Assembly (NCBI RefSeq): GCF_009914755.1
Contig: NC_060935.1
DNA from: the human T2T-CHM13v2.0 reference genome, Homo sapiens
DNA: 64,000 nucleotides
Strand: one strand, 5' to 3'
The position numbers were made by a program, and so were the translations under genes. Positions 11,862 to 25,196 of the stretch are shown here, one piece after another. Within the stretch, counting starts at the first letter, position 1; every line of letters starts with the position of its first letter. The notes below the pieces were generated by a model. That model had not been told where the DNA came from. It made no database searches and was given only the letters and a program-made list of their open reading frames with translations.

Positions 11862-14800
11862 GAAATACAGATGCCTGGGCCCCACCCCCAGAGATTCTGA
11901 TTTACCTCGTCTGGGTATAGATATATTTTTTAAATTCCCTATGTGATTCAAATGTACAGGTCAGGATTGAGAGCCACCAGTCTGGTGGTTAAAATTCGAG
12001 ACCTTGGGATTATATAGATGTGGCTTCAAATCTGACTATATCATTTATTAACTGTATGACCTTGGGCAAGTTATTTAGGCTACTGTGTTGTCAGTTTTCT
12101 TGTCTCTCAAATTACATCTATCTCATGATTATTTTAGATAGCATGGAAAGCATTTAGCATGGCATCTGGTACAAAATAGGGATGTAACAGTATTGCCTAT
12201 TGCCAAACACTTGTCCTTGTGTTCAACCAATTGCTAGGGTAATCTTACCCTTTACTTGATTTACATATGATTCTTTGCATATGGATCGTCTGTCTGAAAC
12301 CCATCGATAGAACTCTTTATACTCATTATAGAACATTCTTCACCCTTTCGCATCTAACTTCTGCTGAACTCAAGGGACACATCAGTCCTCAGCACCTTGA
12401 CTTTACTACCTGATCTACCCCATCACCAATGGGATCTGTTCTTAAGAAAGTGGGAAAGCCAAGATAGCAAACTGAGTTCATCTTTTGGTTCAATTCAATT
12501 CAGTTGGCAGTGGAGCATGACCTTGACATGACTTGTGAGGCTGAGGTGCAGCAAAGACTTACAAGTGATGTCAGCCATACATGGAAGAATGGGGGAGAGA
12601 AGGCTGGCGCTGGTGGCCAGGGCTATTGCAGACCCAGCAGGCCTGAGTCATTATCCTTTCTCTTCTCCACCAATCCCAAACACAAAATAACTGTAAAGTA
12701 TTGACCTAGGGAGGATTGGGCACTCCTGGGTCTTGCAAGTGGTTCCACAACACTCTGCCTATCTGCCCAATCCCAGCAATTCACAGGAAGCTCATCAGAT
12801 TGTCCATGAGGTTAAAGGGGTGACAACTGCCCCATATCCAAGTATTGGAAATAGCTGACATGAAGCTCTAGAAACCCTACATTCAGGTTTTTCAGCACAG
12901 AGTAGGGTTGTATCCACTTTTGGAAAGGCCTCCATGCAATGAAAGACTGTTTGCATGTTAACCTTAAAAGATCAATCCAGGACTCTTCTGAAAGCTAAAA
13001 ATTCTAAGCACCACTGGTGGTCTCCCTTTTTGAAGGAAGCCAAATCCCTTGGACATGTAACTAGCTATTCCACCCCCCTCCCCACAACCACGGCCTTTTT
13101 TTTTTTTTTCCTTCTGTATGTTCTCAATGCCCTTTGCACTTTTAAATTTTTCAGTGGTTTAAGAGTGGCTCCAGATCCAGGCTGCCCTGCTACTCACAAG
13201 TGTTGCAGCCTTTGCCAACTTAATTGAATTCTCTGTGCCTTAGTTTTTTTCATCTCTAAAATGGGAGTACTAAAACTACCACCTAGTTTATGGATTGTTG
13301 TGCAGTGAGAAAATCTGCATAAGATGCCTTGAACACTGCCTGCTTATAGTAAGTACTAGTCACTATAATTGTGCAATGGGTTAAATGTATGTCAAGGACA
13401 TGGGGCAGAAGTTGAGGTAGGATTTTCCTGATGTGCCATGTCTATTTTTAGAAATGTGACTGTGGCCCCTTGTTTCTTTCAGACTATGTGAGTTCATCCA
13501 TTTCACCCTGGCTTCAGTCATTGCCATTCAGCTGGGATAGACACTTAGGAATAATGGGCTTCATTTGGAATGTACAGTCTAGAAAAACACCCTTTATTGT
13601 AGTATATCTCTTCCATTTGCTTGAGTGTATGTAGTGGCCACAGTTTAACTGCCAAGCAGTATTATTGCTAGTGGGTAAACAAGAGTTATCTCTCTGAGTC
13701 TTCCAGAAAAGACAAAGTGACCCTGGATGCTAATGGCACAGATGAGATGGGATCTCTTCCAGGAGTCTGAATACGAGAAAAGAGTCTCTGAAGTGTGTAC
13801 TAGATGAGCCCAGCTTATTACCAGTCAGCAGAGTGACTTCCAAGAGTTTGTAAACATTTTCTGAGGCTTTCTCATGGGTCTGTAACTTTCCTAAGTGCTT
13901 TATATGTATTACCTCATTTAATTGTCACAAAATCCCATGAGGTAAGTGGGAATATTTTTACCTGTCCTTTGCAGGTGAGGAACTGAGGCACAGAGAAGTT
14001 AAGTGACTTGCCTACAGTCACACAGCTCTTGTAGCAGAGTTGGGATTCAGACTCCACTCTTTACTATATTATGTGCCCCCTGAGTGGTGAGATGTTGGAT
14101 CCCAGAGGAAGCAGAGCTCTGAGGTCATCAGGAAGGAAAGCAGGGCATGAAGTGGGAGCAGAGGTGGATTGAACAAAAACATAGATTTCTCAGAGATTCA
14201 GGCACAAAGGACTCAGGGCCAGGAATAAACCAAAGTTGGATTGCTGAAATGAGGAGTTTCAAACACTGGCATGCCAGTGAGGTTTGTCTCCTAAGCTAGC
14301 CAAAGCTCCACTCAGAATGACCTCTTTACCATTCTGAAATATCTGCTGTTTCTCTGAGGAAATCTGCTGAATGTGGTGTTGCTGTGATTTGTTATGAGAT
14401 ACTTTTGTTCTCAAGGCCATCCTCTCAGGAGGAGGAACTATCCAGAGTACTCGGGAGGTGGTGGTGAAACAGATTGGGAACCGTACATCCTTGGTGAATT
14501 TATAAAGCCCCAAAGAACAGAGATGCAAACCCATTTCATTCAAAGAGCTCTGTTAACAGTGACTCTACAGGATGCTAATCCAGCAGTTTCATGCAGAGTT
14601 TCCTGACCCTGCAACTTGGCAAAACACAAGGAATCTCTCCTTGCCAGGCACCATGTAATACAGTAAGAATGAGTGACATAAAACAAAGGTAAATACATTG
14701 CCTGGCTTTGAAAGTAAGGTTAGACCCTGGTAGAAAATTTGCATCTTGAGGAATATATGGGCACCTTCCCCAAGGTATTTTCTGCCTGCTTGTCAGACAG

Positions 14801-16025
14801 TTGGTAATATTTTTATAGTTGCATATGAAGTAGAAACCTTCCTTTGGTCACATCCTCCCCAACCGCCACACTAACCCAAGGTGCCTCCTGCTTTTAATCT
14901 TGTGGCAAGTACCATGATATAAGGACACCAGCTATGGAGGGAGGCAGGAGATGCACAGTGAATTATCTCAGAATGCTTCCCAGCCTTTAAGTGCTTCAGA
15001 AACCTCTTTAATCTCTTTTTATGGCAAATAATGAAGTAGGAAGAATGAAATTGTAATATTAAAACTGAAATTTACCTCCAAGACCATCCTCTTGGGAGAT
15101 CCCCCAAGTTCAGCCTCTTCCTCTGACAGTTGAGGGCATGGAGGTTCAGATACCGGAAAGGGTTGGCCAACCTGATGATTGAACTACCAAGATACCTGGC
15201 TCCCAAGGTAGGCTTGTTAGAATTCAGGCTTCTGTATTGCCTAATGGATGGGTAATACATTTGGACACCCTCCCCTCCATCCTAGAAATAGAAAAATCTT
15301 CTAATGCAATTTGCCTTGTAAAATGTGCAGGAGTGTGCACACACACATACACATACACACAGAGATGGGAATAGCTATGTTCAGGTCCTCATTTCCAGAA
15401 ACCAGTTCCTACAATATAGAAAAGCTTTGCCACAAAGTCTGAGGAAGCCCTTTGTATTTATAGTCTGGTCATTCTAGAGGTGTGAACCTAGATTTCCTCA
15501 GCTGGATGTTAATAGCTGATTAATTCAGGATGCTGATTTAATTTGTGACCTATAAAACGCTATTTCACAGAGAATGGGCTGTGTTGGCATGTGCAGAGAC
15601 CAGCTCCCCAGATGGAATAATCTTTTCCTTATTAATTTGCTGCATGTTGCTTCTCATTTCTCACAGTCGTTCCAAATGTGTTACAAACGACTACGTGCTC
15701 TGGGTCCTGAATCCACTACTGCTGTTGCTTTGAAAGAAAAAAAAATTGTTGACTATGAAGGGCACTGAGCTTTCCTGGCTCACATTTGCATGCTCACTTT
15801 CAAACCATCAGTGCACTCTTCTCTTACAACACTAAGCCTTGCTCCACCTGCGAGCACCCATCACTTTTGTGTTGTTTAGGAAATGCAAACATAGATAGTT
15901 TGATGTTTTCAGGGCCAAGCAAATAGGTAGTGACATGATTGGGATCAGATCTACAGTTTCAAATTCTTGGGTTGTGCTATCTTCCTATTATCTAGAACAT
16001 GTGAAAGGCTGTTTAATCCCCTTAG

Positions 16026-16205
16026 TCCAATGATCCTCAAATTTGAGTGGGCACAGAATCACCTAGAGGGGTTGTTAAAACTCAGACTGTTGTACTCTAC
16101 CCCCAGAGCTTCTTATTTAGTAAGTCTAGGATGGGAACTGAGAGTCTGCATTTGTAAAAAGTTCCCAGAGATGCAGATGCTGGTTGCAGAACACACTTTG
16201 AGATC
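16026..16205. mobile_element. MER5A-like fragment
   Basis: cagaatcacctagagggg ttgttaaaactcaga...tgcattt.taa.aagttccca...acactttgaga. Confidence 0.65.
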
Positions 16206-19200
16206 ATTCCATGAGTCTAACTGGAGGAGAGTATGGGTACTGTTATCTCCAAGTAAACACTGCTTGGTATCTGTTGGAGCAGGTCTCTGCTGGGTAAGGT
16301 TTCTATTTTATGTCTTTTTCCTCTTTCCTTCCTGATATGCACCAAATCCCAGTTGAGCAACTATTTTTTAAATGTTAGGGCTCAATGGAGAATGCAGCTT
16401 CACTAAATAAATTTAAATGTGTACTGCAGTACTTGACATGGATTTTTTCAAATTGTGAGCACTTAAGCCAGACAAAAATATTTCCCCTGGGTTCAGCCAT
16501 TCTATGCAGACCAGCCCCTGGTTTCTAAGGAACCATTTGAAATAGAGTACAGTACCAAAGTGCAGAGCTGCAGAAGCATCTTTATGTCCTTTCTAAATGT
16601 AGAACATACACCTCAAGCTCAGGATTTCAACTAACACTTTTTGGTCATTTACAGGCTTGAGACAAGTCCTGTCATTAACTACAACATTATGTGTGAGGCT
16701 TTTTTCAGGACAGATAAGCTTATTTTTCTAAAGGAAAGGACTTTTGTTTTTCCAGATATAAAATAGCAGCTCACACTTAAATGCAAAGGTCTTGTTTATT
16801 GTTTGTGTGGTGAGGTTTAATTGGAAGGCCTGCTTTTTACAATTCCATGCTACTGACATTACCAAGCACACAGGATTGTTGTTAGAAAAGCAAATGCCAG
16901 GCTGGGGAGCTCCTAATCTGGTGGTCTGTGCCTTGTAAATAATTAGGGTGTGGGGGTGAGGTAAAGGCCTATGGAAATCCTACAGAGTGCCACAGAAATG
17001 GGTCTTCTCAATTATGATAATGTGTAAGATCACAGTGCTTTTTCTGTTAATATTTAAACATAGTCTTCAAGTAATTTACTGCAAATAATCACATATTAAA
17101 AAGCAAGGAGTTTGCTTTTTTTTCCCTACAAATAATTCAAATGGTGGCCAGAATTGAGAGAATGGATGATCATACTCACAAGATTGGGGATAGACATGCA
17201 GGCAGTGTGTTTATTAGAAGGAATGTCCATAAACATGGGCTGGTTTGGAGTGGCTTCACCTACTCTAGTTGCTAAGTTTAGCTATTAGGTGGGGAGTTCA
17301 CCAACCACCAGTTAGTTCAATGTAACCAACAAAAGTCAGATTCCCAACCATTACCCCCGCTTGTCACCAAACCAAGCAGCCAACCAACCTTTAAAACCAC
17401 AGTTTAAAAACCCACAGCTAAAAGGATGGCCTATGTTCCATAAAATACTAATTTTGCTGGTCAACATTCTGAGGTTGGATCAAATCTGTGAATGGCTTTT
17501 TGCAAGCTAAATGCTTCATCTTCCTAAATTTATGTACACGTATATTGTTTCTTATCCCAATTAACAGTCTTTATTTAACAATGGCTTATCAAAATATGCA
17601 GCCATTTCTACTTTAACTTGTAGACCAGGCTTGATGTTAGAACATGATGGAGACAAGTATGTTTTACAATAACCTTAAACCTTAACACTATTGGGAGTGC
17701 TGGCTGAACTGAGGCAATGCCTGAAGCCATTTGTTGCAGTTCAAAAAGTGTTTGACATTTTATCCAGATCTAGAAGTCACTTAAATGAATGAGGAACAAT
17801 TTAACACTGACCCATTCTAAGACTTAGTTCAGATTCTCATTTCGAACTGTCTTATTATTCACTGAATTAGTACAGCTCATAAAAAGATTTCATAGACACA
17901 GCTAATGACCACAGAGGCTTATCAGTATGGTGAAAAACAACAGATCAAAGCAATGATCTGAGTTATTTCCTGGCATCTTAGTAATTAAACAAGTTTAACT
18001 GCTTACTCAATGAATGCAGTACACATTGGTTACTCCTATTAACTCCAAGTAGGATAATTTAGTAGATGTCTCTATTTTGTTTTTTTCTCCAACCTCATCT
18101 TCTAATGAAAACTTTCAGTCATGTTTACCAAACTCGTTTAACTTCAAGTAATTTGGATGTCATGTTTAATTTTTACTTTTTTTACTCAACCATTTAAAAA
18201 ATATTTTAGTCCTCTGACTATGAAAATTGGTCAAGCCTGAAGTTTATCAAAGTTCTAAGTCCATGGCTGGGCTGTCATGACTGGCAGTCAAGGGCTTCTC
18301 TTAGAGTACTTTTCAAGTTCACTGGACAGATTAGGATAGAGTAATTCATCTCATTCGATCTGTTTTTCCATATACACAACACAAGTCAATGTTTGTTATG
18401 ACTTTCCTGATCCTTATTTATAAGACAATACAAGAGGAAACCATGTGTGTATGTTTAGAAATAGAAATGATACATTGCACAGATATAGTTCACCACGTTA
18501 TGGGATGGGTTGTCAGTGTTCAAATGGGGAGGCTGAAGAGTAAGAACAGATGCTTTTTTTCCTTAATGGCCCTTTCTCTGATTTAAAATCCTTCCATTTA
18601 TTTCCCTAAGATTTAGTGATAACTTTAAACACTTTAACTAAATTACCCAGCGGCTTGGCAGCCATCACGGAGGCAAATCCTTTTAGAAATCCTAGCAATC
18701 TGTTAGATTGTGGGTACTATGATATAAAATCTGTGTGCTCCACGTACAAAAATTAAATCAGTGCTATGGATACAAATACATACTGCAAATGGCACCACTT
18801 CCAAACCGAGGATATGTGACCTGTCTCCAAATATTGAATTTCTTTTTTTACTTTTTTCCCCAGTACTTGACTTTCTAAATTTGGGCCAATTTATTCTCAT
18901 TATCCCTAAGTAAACCTACTTTGATTTTTTTTAACAGTTATTTTATAGTCAAATAGAGCCAGCCAGCCAGCCGTGATTCGTGGATCCTGATGTTGCTAGG
19001 ATACATGGTTTGGTATCTGATGAAAGTATATCACTTCAAAGGGGTAAAACTTTCAAGTGTCCGAGAAAATGACACTCCCATCTTCCACCATGGAAGACAG
19101 ATCCAATCCTACAACTTCTCAGAAGCTCACAGACTGCAGGATTGGCCTCCCAGGCTTTCAAATAAGTATCCTCTCTGGAGGGCTGTTTAATTACTAAAAC

Positions 19201-19299
19201 TAGTCAGATTAGTCTTAAAGCAAGGAACACACGTATTTATAATAAAACACGTTTTCATGTTTGTTTTACAGTAAAGAGAAAAAAACCCAGAACCCCCAG

Positions 19300-22227
19300 A
19301 TTTTATGTACTTTGAAAATATATTTAAAAACATTAAAAATTCTATATTTAAAACATATATTATATGTTAATTAGTACACTTAAATAGAACTTGTATTTAC
19401 AATAGGCTTCTGATGCGGTTAAGTTTTAATGCCAATTTTTTTCAATAACATAATTATATAAATATACTAAAATACAATAAATATTGTTTTTTGTTTTACA
19501 TGGTGAATAATATCTTTACCATAGAGAGAACAAGGCCACAGACATTTACTTACATTTTCAATGGGAATCGCCATAAAAAAGCAACAGGCCTGCTGCCATG
19601 CATGAAACACTTCTGCCACAAAGAGACCACAGCAAGACTTTAAAAAACAAAACAAAACAGAACAAGAACGAACACAACAGAGAGAGATTTTAACAAAATA
19701 AATCTTAGGTCAACATAAACCATCAAGCATGTGACTGTGATGTATCTTATTGGGTAAAAGAGCCACTGACCACACAATTGCTGGATGTGTCTCCTATGAA
19801 ACCACTTAACAGATCTGGCCCTTGCAATCCTTTAAGTTTGTGATGGGGGGTTGTTTGTTTTAAATTTGTCCCTCAAAAGGAAGCTGCATAAAGTTGACAT
19901 ATAGCAGATATTCCAAGCATTCCTTACATATTAAAAATAATTACAAAGATAATATTTTCAAACAACACAAAACAAATCTACACTACGTAAAGTCTTCCTT
20001 CTTTCAAAGAGGTATTCAGATGGTACTGTGAAAGACTAGCTCTAAATGAAAGACTGAACAAATTGAAATTCTTTGCTGATGGTATCTTCATTCCTGGGTT
20101 ATGGTGAACATCCTCTTTTGCTTATCCCTCACCCTACTAAGATGCAGCAATTGCTTGGGGCTTTCTGATACTTAAGGATGCTGGTCCAAGTGGTGATCAC
20201 TAACATTTTCAGGTGTGAAATGGGCTGAATGGGCTTAGAGCTCTAGTTTTCACTGGGGATCCATTTTTCCAAGAACCACTATTTCAGGCTCCCAACTTGA
20301 CTTCTCCTAACCCAAAATGGCAGAGGTGAGGCAGGGACCCTCTCCATGAACAGACAGGATGGGCAGAAGGTTGCTGTGGCCTTCACTGGGGAGCAAAATT
20401 TTGTCAGCTCTGTCCTGGCCTCTTCCATTGAGCAAGGCACCTTCAAGTCTTGGTGTTCTGAATGTCCAGACACCTTCCCGAAGTCTTGTCTCTGGACAAG
20501 ATTTCCTATGGGTCCCCTTGATCATTCGGCCTGAGTTTGGGGTTTCTTTTCCTGTTCCCTTTTCCCTTACCAAAAGTTCTCAAAAGATAAACCCTGGTTT
20601 CCTCAAGTCTAGTTTCAAAGCAATAAGTGTTCAGGTAGCAAACATCTTCTATCTCATTGCATCAATCTCATGATCACAAATGCCACATTTGGCTCCCAAC
20701 CTGCTCCAGGCTAATCCAATTTTATGCAAAATTATCCAGAGGTGGGATGGTGGGCATAAGTCGGCTTGAGTGTGGTCCTCCAGTCGAGAACCTCTTGAGC
20801 ACAGTTAGATAATGTAGGCACTTAAAGCACGAGGTCCAAGCAGCTTGACACATGTCATTCCAGAGCCACCTCTGAAGGGTCCTTCAGAGGCCTTCGTTTT
20901 GGAATGTCTCAAATACCATGCCCCACCTCCACCTAGACCTTGGGATGGCCACTCAGAAATTCCTCCCGCACTGCCGGTAAATGCAATGCCAACTCCACAT
21001 AGCCTCCATTTGGCTGTTCAGTCTCATGTCACTGGCAATGTGGATTCCTGTTCTGATCTAGGTGTTTCTGGGTTGATACAGGGCTCTACCTTTTGCTTAC
21101 AAGACATTGTTAAGCCTCACCATGAGTTTTTTTTAAGCTTAGCCATGATTTACCCAAATGTTCACTCCTCATAAAAAATAATCTTCATTTTGGGGTTATT
21201 TTTTGTTGTTTTCTGTTCTAAAAAAAAATCACTGTTCTCCATGCTTATACGAGTGTCATGATGTGACACAATGTGTTCACTTGTTCACAGCAGTGGTAAA
21301 ATATTTCAGAACGCGCAACTGATTTTTCTTCCTTAAAACAAAACAAAGAGGAGACCAGAGGGGGAGGGGGGGAAAGAATGTGTTCTGAGCAAACATAGGT
21401 CCTTCCGTCAAAAGCAGCTTACTCTGACCAACGCCCAAAGAATGAGCGGGGCCTGGGAGGTGCATCACGGGATGTGGAGTGTGAGCATTTTTTTGTTCAG
21501 TTGCCTTAATTTTTATTCACTTTCTAGTCATCTGATCGATATTGCAAACATCTTCACAACATACAAATGTATCTTTTATCAGCCAGAATATATATTGTAG
21601 GAATTCTTTCCCCATCTCTACTCCCTGTGGGAACTAAAAAACAAAACAAACAAACGAAAAAAAAACACAAAACAAACAAAAATATACCCCCCATCCCCCA
21701 TCCCCTAAGCCAGTAAAGCAATGACAACAGCACCTTGACATTGTTTTAATTCCAACGCTATCAGAAGTTAAAAGCAGTAAAACAGATATAGTACTAACAA
21801 GAACGAAGATACTTACTGTCTAAAATGTAAACGGAATGTTTTGGTTCAAATTTTTGTTGTGTGTGTGTGTGTTTTTTTCTGTTTTCTGAAAGAGGACAGT
21901 TTATTATCAATTCACAATTAAAGCAGCATGCAATTTATTATTTTTTTTAACTTTTTATGTTTTCAGTTCTTGGCAACGGCAACAAACCACAACATTATCA
22001 AGGAATGTAATGCAGACTTTTTAAGTTGTGCGCAAATGACTGTTTCCCTTCTGGTCATGGACATGTCCAATAAATAGATTGTAGAACCACTGTACTGTAT
22101 AAACTTCATTTATACATGCAGTTCATAAAATTATTTTTTTCTTAACTGAATAATTTACCCTGTTATGTATATATACAAATAGATAATTTTTGTCTCAATA
22201 TAATCTAATCTATACAACATAAATCCA
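19300..22227 (-). other. BDNF: BDNF long 3'UTR (~2.9 kb)
   Basis: No interspersed repeat seen. AU-rich distal end. Candidate non-canonical signal AATATA at 19324-19319 followed by a U/GU-rich element (TGGGGGTTCTGGGTTTTTTT). Length agrees with the known ~2.9 kb long UTR. Exact cleavage site inferred. Confidence 0.8.
21900..21939 (-). terminator. BDNF: Proximal polyadenylation signals for the short (~0.35 kb) BDNF 3'UTR
   Basis: Two AATAAA hexamers on the minus strand (plus-strand tttatt at 21934-21939 and 21900-21905), ~290 and ~325 nt after the stop codon. Confidence 0.85.
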
Positions 22228-23028
<801 letters not shown>

Positions 23029-23226
23029 TTAGGGCTTTCTTTCACCGGGATGCCATGTGGCCCATCTGATTGTAATTCCAGGCCATTCTGCAGGGTCAAG
23101 GTTTTTTTATGTCTTGGTGATAAACTCCAGCTGCACCAGACACAAATCAGTGTCAGTAGTGTGCTGTATGTGGTTTAATATAAACCAGAGACATGCAGTG
23201 TTTCCCCCAAGATCTAGCATATAAAC

Positions 23227-23333
23227 CTGAGATTAGATGGCTTCTAAGCAAGTGCAAAAATTGTGGCTTCAAGTTCTCCTTCTTCCCACTTTAGCAGCTT
23301 TGTAAGTTTAATTTTTAATGATCTCTGCTCATG
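23227..23333 (-). other. BDNF: BDNF exon IXb segment (107 nt, 5'UTR)
   Basis: Acceptor gattttgtgtttctcgtgacAG|CATG at 23333; donor TCTCAG|GTTTAT at 23227. Fits the known internal subdivision of exon IX (a-d). Confidence 0.65.
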
Positions 23334-23577
23334 CTGTCACGAGAAACACAAAATCATAAATGTTACTAAGCAACAACTGCAAGTGTAATTAATAGTAATT
23401 TTTTTCAAGTTAGCAACATGGTCCTTTGCAGGAATGTGTGACAGGAACAGCAGTGGCCTGAGGGGTCTGATGGGCCTTTCTAGCTATGTGATGTCTAGGC
23501 ATGAATAGCACAATAAAACAGCAGTTGGGGAACTATAAGGAGCCTTTAAATTGACTTTTTTTTTCCTCTTCCCACAG

Positions 23578-23635
23578 AGATACTCTATTATAGCAAAGAA
23601 GAATGATAATTTCATTGAGCCATCCTGTTTTACAG
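23578..23635 (+). ncRNA. BDNF-AS: BDNF-AS 58-nt exon
   Basis: Long polypyrimidine tract ttttttttttcctcttcccacAG| and consensus donor CAG|GTAAGG. Confidence 0.8.
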
Positions 23636-24030
23636 GTAAGGAAACCAAAGGCCATAGAAGACTTGCCTTATGTCATGAAGAAAGTTTATGTTAGAACTCA
23701 GGGCTCCCAATTCCACTGTTCTTTATTCTACACCTGGGTGGTCACAACTGAAAATGTTTTGCTTATTTCTAAACAGAAATCATTTTTTGACATGTTCATT
23801 TTAATGATGTGTCTATGCCTGGGGCTAATGTCATGAAAACAATGTGTCTGGTAAGGAGAAAACTGAAAAAGTCAGCATTAAAAAGACATTTAAGTCCATT
23901 TCAAATGCCTCCCATATGCAGACTCCACTTTATCTCCTCCAGTTCTCTAAAACCCTTCACTCCTTGGCTTTTTCTGGCTAATACACACATCTAGCTAAGA
24001 AAGCTCAACTTTTCTTTTTACTAGAGATGT

Positions 24031-24035
24031 TCTCT

Positions 24036-24066
<31 letters not shown>

Positions 24067-24079
24067 CGTGTGCGCGCGC
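24031..24079. repeat. BDNF-linked complex polymorphic dinucleotide region (TG)12(CG)5TGTG(CG)3C, ~1.1 kb upstream of the ATG, near the exon IX promoter
   Basis: 45 bp of uninterrupted purine-pyrimidine alternation (24035-24079). Matches the known BDNF-LCPR architecture (GC)n(AC)n(AG)n on the gene strand. Confidence 0.85.
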
Positions 24080-24564
24080 TCTGAGTTTATCCTACTTTTA
24101 AAAAGCTGAGTGGTGTTTTACACATTTTGGAATAGGCAGCTAGTGCTTCTTTTTCTGCTTTTGAAGTTTCCTGGGAAGTCCCTTAAAAGCATACCACAAA
24201 ATTAATCTCTTCCTGTTTGCCAGAGGGTTGCTCTACTCTAAATTTGGCTCTACATCTACAAGCATGCTCTAGGAAGCCAATTAAAATGGATGAACAAGCA
24301 AAATGAAAACATACCTATGGACCAACCCAAGGTTACCGTCAGGTGGTGAAGGACTTCAGAATCACTTACCTGAAGCATTGTGTTTCTCAGCAGCAAAGAG
24401 TAGCATCCCCAGCCCTGACCCTAATTTTATTCCTACTTCTCAGTTCTGAGGCATGGACTTACAAAAAGACACATACATGCAATGGCCATCATGATATCCA
24501 AATAAGTAGGAAAAGGAACTGTGTTTCTGCCCATGAAGTTTTACTGAATTCAAAGGCAACCTAC

Positions 24565-24682
24565 CTCCAGTCAATAGGTCAGAATGCAGAAATGGCTGAA
24601 AACTCTGGTATTGAAAAGCAAATGTTCTCCACTTTTGTAAGAAATAACATTTTCAACCACTAAGAGACTTTATTACCATCCC
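24565..24682 (-). other. BDNF: Candidate BDNF exon VIIIh (118 nt)
   Basis: Acceptor ttttttgtgtgtttAG|GGATGG at 24682; donor GGAG|GTAGGT at 24565. Position and size fit the human exon VIIIh. Confidence 0.6.
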
Positions 24683-25148
24683 TAAACACACAAAAAAATT
24701 TCTTTTAGATTTACTCTCACTTTGCACGAATAGCAAACATGCTTAGAACTGCTTAGATTGCACAATGTTCTCAGATTAGGAAGGGAAAATTGGTTTGAAT
24801 AAAATACAGATGTCTATTCCGCTAACAACTAAATCTTTGTGAATGTTCTGAGTCCTGTACCATCAAAGAAATAGATCGTCCATGGGGGTTTCTATTTCTG
24901 GTAGATTGTACTTACACACTGAATGAAAAAGCTTTCTCCTAATATTCCCAGTCCAAATAAAAACAACCCAAGGGGCACCTCTTATTTAGGTCAATAAAAG
25001 TTTGCAAATGTGGAATACTTTAGCCATCTACATCACACTGGTAGAGACTTTCTGTGATCAGCTATTTTTTAATACCATATTTAATCAAATCTAAGATACC
25101 ATCATTGTGAAACTCGACATTTTATATATCACTAAGAAAGCAAAAATG

Positions 25149-25196
25149 CAGCCTGGGTGACCAGAGTGAAACTCCATCTCAAAAAAAAAAAAAAAA
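25149..25196 (+). mobile_element. Alu 3'-end fragment with A tail
   Basis: cagcctgggtgaccagagtgaaactccatctc(A)n. Confidence 0.8.
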
